Assembly (NCBI GenBank): GCA_964595465.1
Contig: CAZQQI010000004.1
Coordinates: 30,195 to 94,194, forward strand
Reading direction: 5' to 3'
DNA: 64,000 bases
From: an uncultured Planctomycetales bacterium
Lineage (GTDB): Bacteria > Omnitrophota > Gorgyraeia > Zapsychrales > JANLHA01
Shown here: piece by piece, positions 54,001-63,000 of the stretch
How positions within the stretch are numbered: the stretch's first letter is position 1
Layout: every line of letters begins with the position of its first letter
The notes under the pieces: generated by a model
What the model was told of the DNA's origin: nothing
Database searches by the model: none
What the model saw: the letters and a program-made list of their open reading frames with translations, nothing else
Made by a program: the position numbers and the translations under genes

Positions 54001-57000
54001 TCAGGCAGCGGTTGAAAAGTTAGTGGAACAATATCAGGATGAGGATGTCGAGAGATTGGCAGCACAGATTTTTGATGATTTTGCTCAGGTTATCTTGCGT
54101 CGTCAGGATGAGCAGATGCTTAGGAAAGCTCAGCAAGAAAATGAACGGCGGGCGTTTAAGCAGTTTCAGCAGGGCATGGACGATCTGCGTAAGCAAATTA
54201 AAGATGGAAAAAAGAAAATCCTGGAAGGACAGCCGCTGCTTGATCGTATTTCCCAGCTGCTGGAACCTGTAGCGCAAAATCCGCAGGCCCGAAAATCAGC
54301 TGATGAGCTGAGGGGTGAGATTCGTGCTGCCCGGGAGGAAAAGAAGGTTGCCGCGGCGCAGCAGATCAAAGTCATTGGTAATCAGCGACTCGACACATTG
54401 GAGGCTCGCCTCAGCAAGGCTATAGCAGATCGTTTGTCTGCGGCGCGAGGGAGAACAGACAGGGAACAGGAACGGTTCAGAGAAAAATTATCGCCTGATA
54501 AGATCTTTTCGATGTGTTCAAATGGTTTGTATGTATTAGAGGAGGCGATAGAACAGGCGTCAACTGAAAAAGAAGCGCGCAGTGCATTAAAAGCCATTAA
54601 GCGAATGGGTCCGGCGATCAATAGCCTGATCGAAGCAAATCAAGCTGATGCTGATGTGTTGGAAAATTACGCCGATGTTCTTAAAGAGACTGCGCGGGAA
54701 AAAATCGCATCGTTGAAGGGTAATAATCCGGATCACGGGAAAAATCGAAGCCGGAATTCGGTTGGTCGTCACGGGCAACGCAAAGCTTTTGTCGACAGCG
54801 GGTTCCTGTTTGGAAATATTTTTTCTGGAGTCATCTTATTCAATCTTCTGGGGATTCAGCATCTGCTGGAATTCATGTCCAGATGGCATCTAGTAAAGTG
54901 GAGAGCTTTCCCCAAAAGCTTTCTGGGCGCTTGCGCCCTCCTGCTCGGGGGATTGATCGCCATCACGGTGGTTTACGCTGTAAGCCAGTTTCTGTTTTAT
55001 GTGGTGCAAGGACTGGCCAATATTGCACGAGGGATCATACATTGGATGCAGAAATTAGCCCGCGGAGAACGGTTTTTGCGCGATGCTCTATTGTGTGAAG
55101 GATTTGCGTCTGCGGTTTCTATTTTGTTTATCGCGGCGGCAGGGGGGTTGGTTTTCGTTCACTTTGATTCTGGTATTTTGCTGATGATAATTGCAGCGGG
55201 AACTCTTCGTGTGCTGAGAAACCGCATTCATAGGACAAGAAAACAGCGCAAGACTCACCGACAAAAACCGTCTTCGGACACGTCTTCGCAAAAGAAAAAA
55301 GCCCGTAAAAATATTCGGATGCTGTTGATCGGTTTGGCGTTTATCCAGATCCAGGCTGATGGTCCAACAGCTGTTCAGTATGTCGGTGTATTGCTTTCAG
55401 CAGCGGCTCTGTTTTCATTAGTCTTTTTCTGGGCCATGCAGCCGCGTGACGGTCCGGGCAAGAAAGACAGCGTTCCCTCCGCCGGATCGCGTCGATCCTG
55501 GAACCAGCGGCTGATTGCGTGGTGTCGTGACCCTCATCATGTCAGCCGGCCCCGCCTGACAAAGGTTCAAAATGTATCCCGCCATTTCGAAGGGTTCCGT
55601 TATAAGACCACCCAAAATATGTACTTTATGCCGGTAAAGTTTTCGGATGGTGAACGAGGATTTTACGTAATTAAAGACGGTCGCTTTCTGGCTAGATCAG
55701 AGCTGACCTGGAATGGTCGTTTGCGTACGGTAGATGTAAAAATGATTCTCCGTCAAAGCAGCCGGCGGAAAAAAGTTTCTTCCCGTTATATTCCTGCGGA
55801 TCCAGCCATGCCGTTAAATTTCAGCTTACGCTGGCAAGGAAGTTATGTCGATATGACTATAGCGGGGCGGGAACTGCCTTATGAATGGCGTGTGGTAGAC
55901 TTTCCCATTGGTCAGAAGATCGACACCGATCTGGGGATGCAGATCAAGCGGATTTCTGCTGAAGAACTGGAAATCGCCTGGTCCGGTATTTCTCCCCAAA
56001 AAATAAAAATGTCTGCTGCTTCCAGGGCTGAATATGATCCGGAAATTGTTCCGGTTGCAGCTCCGGAAGAGAAGAGTGCGGGATGGCAGGAGAATTGTGC
56101 TTTACGGTCATTACATCAAATTGTCCCGGATGCTTTGCAGAATAGTGTAATAGAGGCTGGCCAAAATAGTGCAGAGGATTTTGAATATCTGAAGATTTCA
56201 GATTCTGTAAAACCGGCATTATCAGCAGCAAAATTTCAGGAAATATGGGAACTGGCTCCCAAAAAAGCGCAATATAAGCTTTATGCTAAACGGGTCGGGA
56301 CATTGGCAGAGACAGACCGGATGCTCTGGCATATCTCAGCTATGCAGGGGTCAGACGAATACCATTCTCTTTATGGCTTGCTTAAACGTGGGATTATCCG
56401 GGAAAAGGATCTTATGGCCGGGGCTGCTTCTTTAGAACGGCTGCAGCCGGAAGAGGTCGTACATGCCCGGGTCAGCGAATTTTATCGCATACATAGTGAG
56501 TTTATCCGCTTATTGCCGGAATACAAGAAGGCCCGCAGGCAGAAACAGGCCGAATATCTTGAGGACATCCAGAACCAGTTTTCTTCTTATGCCGATTATA
56601 TTTCCCCCTACATTCAGGAGATCCGGTCCCGCAATGGAACTACTCAAGATGCGCTGGACCGGCTGGAGTGTTTAGATCCCGATCGCTTGAAAACGCTGGC
56701 GCGGCAATGGGGGAAACGTTTGTCTGCAATGACACCGTACTTTGAACAGGCCTTTGCCCGTCTTGACCATTTTCATCTTGATCGTTTGAATGATATCGCA
56801 GTTAACTTGACGAAGCTGCGGCTTAAGGCCCAGCTGCTGCGTCTGCAGAATGAATTGCGCGGGGATGCGTATGGACGCCAGGGGCCGATCTATCTTCTCT
56901 TTAATAGTGTGATCAAATCCTATACCCGCATTGCGCATGAACACATATGGCGCCGTTCCCGGCGGCAGGGAGATCTTCAGGGACAGAATCTGACCATGGT

Positions 57001-60000
57001 TGACGCCCAGGGACGTGTGACGTTCACCCTGTTTTATGAGCGCAAGCCGGTCCTGCGCATTGAATGTCTCGGAGCGGATCAGTATCGGTTTTATCAGATT
57101 ATATGGAAGAAGGTCGCCGTTCAAGACGGGCCGCCAGCAGTTCATCCGGTTTTAACCCCGATGGCACCGGGAGATCTTGACAAGAATCTCCGTCAGGCCC
57201 TGCATACCCTAGAGAGCATCGAGAAAGATTATTCCCATTTGATTTATCATGAGGCGGCTTTGAGACAGGCCCGGTTCCTTCTTTCAGGGAAAAGGACTGT
57301 TCCGTATGAGCGGGAGATGGCGTTGTCTTTGATCCGCGGGGTGTATTTCGGACCGCAGTCGAAGCAGAATAAAGACGGACGGAGCCGTCCCGGGAAATAC
57401 GGGCTGGCGCTTAAAACAGCGGAAGTTAGCCGTGGGCGGCGGGGAGGCTTGATCCGTCTACCCAAGATCAGCCTGGAGACGGCCTTGTCCGCGCTTGATG
57501 CCGGCGATGCCCGCACAGCACGGGAGATGCTTGCCAGTGCGCAGGAATGGATCAACGGGCGTCTGAATGTCCTCGAGCGGCAGGACCGGGGGGTTCAGAG
57601 GCGCCGGGATTATTTTTACCTATTATTCCGCGATCATATGGTTCGCCAAGCCATGCAGTCACTAGAAACCGTTCTCCGATCCGCTCCAGAGAATGATATA
57701 GAAATTCAAAAAGTACGTCTCCAGCTTGATGGTCTTATAGAACAGCATTTCAAATCCATTGCCGCAGAACAATATTATAAAAATGTTCATACCTGGTTGA
57801 GCGCTATACGTGGACTTTTGCGCACTGTTGAACGTTTGCGGTCAGCGCCTTCTGTGGAGTTTCGCACGCAGCGTATCGCCATGCAAATGCGCGGGATTAA
57901 AGAGTATATGCGCAAAATTTGGAGCGGCTTGAGTCAGGTTCGGGATAAGCGGCGAAAGAGCGGTGTCGGGAGAGGTCGGGGACAGGGCAGTAATCGCGGC
58001 AGGGATCGTAGAGGATCCGCGAGCAGTGCTGTTGTGTTTATGATGGCAGGAGCGACGGGCTTGATTATCGGCATCATGACGTCGAGTCTTTTTATCTGGT
58101 CAGGCGGAATAGTATTGTTAGGGGCGGCTGTTTATGGTTGGCGGAACGGGAAGCTGCTGTTCGTGAAGCGGCTGCGTTCTTTGGTTGTTCCGCTTGCAGG
58201 CCTCCTGCTGGTTAGCTGTTTTGTGATACTTCCGGCTGGGTGCAGAGAAAAACCCGCAGGTCAGAGTCAGGCGGAGAAGCGGCTGGTCCAGCAGCGCGCG
58301 CGAGAACGATCCAGGATTGAAGATATTGCAAGAAGAATGAACAATACAGATCCGGCCATCCGCAAGCAAGCGATGAAGGATCTTGCCGCAGTGAACTATG
58401 TTCATGACGAAGCAGTTTCCCTGCTTCTCAAGGGTCTGCATGATCCCGCGCGTGATGTACGCATGGCGGCTGTGGACAGCCTGGCAGCGCTGGGAGCAGC
58501 TGCCAGGGACGCTGTACCGGAAATGAACAAGAAGCTGTTATCGACGGATAATCAGCAGATGCAGCAGGTGCTGATCAATGCTGTTGTACGCATTGAAGGC
58601 GATGCCACGGGGTTGATCAAAAGACTAGCAGATGTTCTCCGCGGGAAGGATGCGGCAATGCGTGGTCATGCTTTTAATGTCTTGGAAAAAATTTCAGGAC
58701 ATAACGTACAGAAACAGACTGTGCTGGTTCCGCTTTTGAGAAACGATGATGCGCAGCTTCGTAAAGAAGCAGCCAAGATGCTGACCAGAACAGGATGGAT
58801 ACCGCCCAATCAGCAGGCCAGGGTCGTTTGGCTGGTCGCTCAGGAGAAAAATCAGATATTTATTCAAGAAGGGGAGAGCTCCGTACCGGCCTTGATCGCG
58901 TTGATGAATGATGACGCAGAGCATGTTCGCGACGCTGTTGCAGCTGCTCTTGCTGAAATCGGGCGTCCGGCATTTTCAGCGTTAGTCCAGGATAAGACTG
59001 ATCGTGCAGATCGTGTCCGGACATTGATGGCGCGTCAGACTGACGATCAATCGCTGTTATTGGACATGATTACGCATGAGCGGGGAATTGAGCGGGGCAA
59101 TGTCCAGCTGGCAGCAATTCAGCGTTTGGGTGAGATCGGAGATATTCATGCCGTGCCGATATTGAGAACATGCGCTAAAAACGATATCGATTATTCTGAT
59201 GATGAGAATCAGGCCGCGCGGAAGGCTCTGCAACAGATCAAACAGCGTGTCGGTCCTGCAGAGTGGTCCAGGACGGTTTCCTCGCCTATTAATTGGTCAA
59301 AATGGTGGTCTGCCGGCATGGCAGTCTTATTCACCGGAATTGTTCTATATGTTGCGGCGTTATTCCTGAGCATTATATCGAATAAGGTCATCGTTCCTGT
59401 TTGTAGCCGTCTGGCCCGCCAGGGCGACAACAATGGCAATGCCTCGGATCCAAAGCCGTCTTTGCCTGTTCTGGAGTCTTACCGCTATTTCAAACGGTCT
59501 GAAGCAAGACGAAGGCCGCCCGCCTTTCATGGCAAATTGAGAGAAATTTTAGGCGTTACGTTAATGGCTATCTTGATTGGAGTTTTTCTGAGCACAGCAT
59601 TGCGTAACCATAAGGTAATTTTAACTCTTGAAGGGTATTTCGCACTCATATTTTTTGTCGGCTTGATCCCGATAGCGATCTTTTGGTTAATGCGGATTTT
59701 AGCGACCGGTATTCCGCAGCACCTGGTTTGGACCGCGTTCTTTCCTCTCAGATATATTTTGATGATGCTTGAATACACCGGAATGAACACCGACCGCCCC
59801 CAGCAGTATTATCTCTTGCGCCGCATAAAACAGAGATTAGCATCCGGGTCCTATAAAGAGGCCGATGAGATTGTACAGAACACAGACATTAAACTCGATT
59901 GGAAGAGCAGACTTGATCTTGCTGAGATGTGGGGGGAGCGAGCAGGAATTACTCTCGATGCAGCGGAGGCATCTTATGTTAATTTTAGCCAAAGTGATGT

Positions 60001-63000
60001 GCCGGTCAGCGTACAGGAAAAAGTTGTCATAATGTGGAAAATGATCATTGAAGAAGCCCCTGTATTTGCGGCAGTATATTTTGCCGGTACCGGTTTAGTC
60101 AAAGCAAACCTATGGCAAGAGGTTGCCAGGATATGGGAGATCATCGCAGAAAAAGAACCCGCTGCTGCGGCAGAGTATTTTGCCCGTTCCGGGCTGACCG
60201 TCGAGAACGCCGGTGAAGACGTGGTTGCCATTTGGGAAATGATCGCGCGAAAGGCGCCGCAGACAGCGGCAGAGTATTTTGCCCATTCCGGGTTGACCTT
60301 AGAGAATGCTGGTGAAGACGTGGTTGCCATTTGGGAAATGATCGCGCGAAAGGGGCCGCAGGCAGCGGCAGAGCATTTTGCCCGTTCCGGGTTGACCTTA
60401 GAGAATGCTGGTGAAGACGTGGTTGCCATTTGGGAAATGATCGCGCGAAAGGCGCCGCGGGCAGCGGCAGAGTATTTTGCCCGTTCCGGGCTGACCTTCG
60501 AGAACGCCGGTAAAGACGTGGTTGCTATTTGGGAAATGATCGCGCGAAAGGATCCACTTTTAGCGGCGAAATATTTTTTCAATTCAGGATTGACGTTTGA
60601 AGATGCTCCGCATGCTGCCAATGAAGTTTGGGGGTCCATTACTCAGAACGAAAATCGCATAGTATCTAAGCCGTTTTTACGCGTATGCGAAGAGGAATAT
60701 ATTAACGGTGTAGATGCAGGGTTTGAATCCCTGAATGTCTCCGGCCTGGCGCTGGGAAGCCAGGCGTATGTAAAAGCCTTGCTGCTGGAAGAGATCGCAT
60801 ATACGGGTGAAATCAGGAAATCTTTTTCAGAGAATTTAACACAAAAAATTATTCCGGCGTTGAGAGTCTTGGAATCTTTAAGTTCGGAGTATCCCACTTT
60901 GGGGATGGAAGCCAAGCATCATAGCGATGATGAGCAGAACCAGCATATTTTCTCCCTGCAGGTTTCTATGGGGAACTATTTGAGTCAAGTAAAAACCGAA
61001 CACGAAATGGGCCTTTCATACCTGGAAAGTAACGGTTATGGAGAAATACGGGTTTTGCCGACCGTTTATCCGATTTTTATTCTTTTGGTGGAAAAAATAC
61101 GGCGGCTGGGGATCGTCGGGACCATGCTGTACTCAAGTGTGATATCCGGAGATCACTTACAGGAAGCCGGCCTGCTTTTGACGGCATTGTTTTATGCGAA
61201 TTATTCCGCGGCACCGATCAATCCGGATGGAACAAGCGATTGGATGTTTCCCGGAATCGGTGGCCGTTTTATCGGGGCAACGGTCGACCCCTGGACGGGA
61301 GAATTGGGAGATTATGATCGTTCTACAATAGGACGGTTTACGACTCAGACCAATTTTTTCCACGGTCTGATCGAGATTCCCAACCTCGAGGGCGGGGTGC
61401 GTCCCTATTTTGCTGATGATCTAGAGCGGACCTTTCTGCTGGCCTCAGCGGCTCAGGCCTATCTGCGAGGCCGAGATTTTGATGAGCGGCTTAAGCAGGT
61501 CTATCAGGAGTTCCGTCAAGAGGTCGCGAAGTTTATGATAGACCGGCTTGATTTTACGGCAGAGGAGTTCAGAAAATTATTTCCTGAACGCCATGGCGGC
61601 CATGAATATACGAAAGATGAGGATGGCCTTATACAAGTGTTGAGGCATATGGAGAAATATTTCCGCGCTGTTGTGTCTGATGACGATGAGCAAAGGCAGC
61701 AGAAGATTTTATGTCATAGGGCTTTTGGAGAGATCATTGAGCGGCACCGCAAAAAGATTAAGACAATTATGTTTCCTGGTGCGGCAGGAGATTTTCTGAC
61801 AGCGGGGATGAAAGAGGATTGGCAGGAAATTGAGCAGATCGTGATCCAGGGCATATTCTCGAATGATCCGCAAGATCGTTTTCTGTGTCAACGAGCAGCT
61901 GATTTTTATGGCAGCAACAGTTTGGTAAGAAAAGTACTCGAAAACGATAAACGGGGAACCAGTTCGAAGACACATCATAGCGCTGATTCCAAAGAAGAGC
62001 CTGCCGATCATACTTCAGACGCTCCCGGCGGAAAGCCGCGTTCTGAACAGGGTTTTATTCGAACCTCGTTGCTGGGCATTATGTTTCTTCCTTTGGCTGT
62101 GACCTTCTCTGCTGCTTATGGTGCCGCGGTGGAGAATACGATATGGCTACTGTATGTGTTTTTTGCCGGGATCCTGGTCTATGCCGTCTGGGCCGGTGGA
62201 ATAAAAAACGGTATTCATGCATTCAGTAAAAAAATGCTACAGAAGACACGCCGGTTTTTGAATCTCAATGAACATCAAGATCCAGGCCAGCACAACACAG
62301 CAAATGGATCCGTTGATGATGTGGTGTTGCAGCCCTATCATCAGGCTATGCGTGATGTTGATGAGCGTTTACGCAAGGAAATTACCTTGACTCGGGATGA
62401 TCGCAACTGGTTATGGGCCAAGAGACGGCTATTGATACAAAATTATGATGATATCCACGCAATGGCCGTACAGCATGTTATGACAGCCGAAGGCGTCGAC
62501 ATGAACCTGGCCCGGATTGAACAGGACATCCCGGCGGAAGCTGAAAAGATATCCCGTGAAGGACCAAACTGTATTACCCGTGAGTTTGTCCGCCGTGGCT
62601 GGAAGGTTATTGCTGATGATCTCGTGCGTCAGGCTGTTGAAGATCCTGCGGGGATTCTCTATGATGATCGCTTTGCTGATCCGTTCTTCCGCGTTATGCC
62701 GATTCTGTACAGGATCGGGCCGGACATGGCGAGAACCATTTTTGTTAAAAGGGTGGGCGCTCGACTGTACCACGTTGTCAGCGCTCCGGGAGATGGAGCA
62801 GAGCTCCGTCTCATAGATCTGTATGGCCAGGAGGATGCCTGGGTCGGATCGGACAAGCATCCAGATAAATCGCGTCATATATTTTTTCATCCGGAAGAAA
62901 ACGTTTTCCAGTATTTCCTATCTACAGCCCTAAAGGTTATTAGACGCTCATTTTATTTTGTTAAGCGTGGGCTGGTTCACTATATCGTTCTAGCGGTGCT

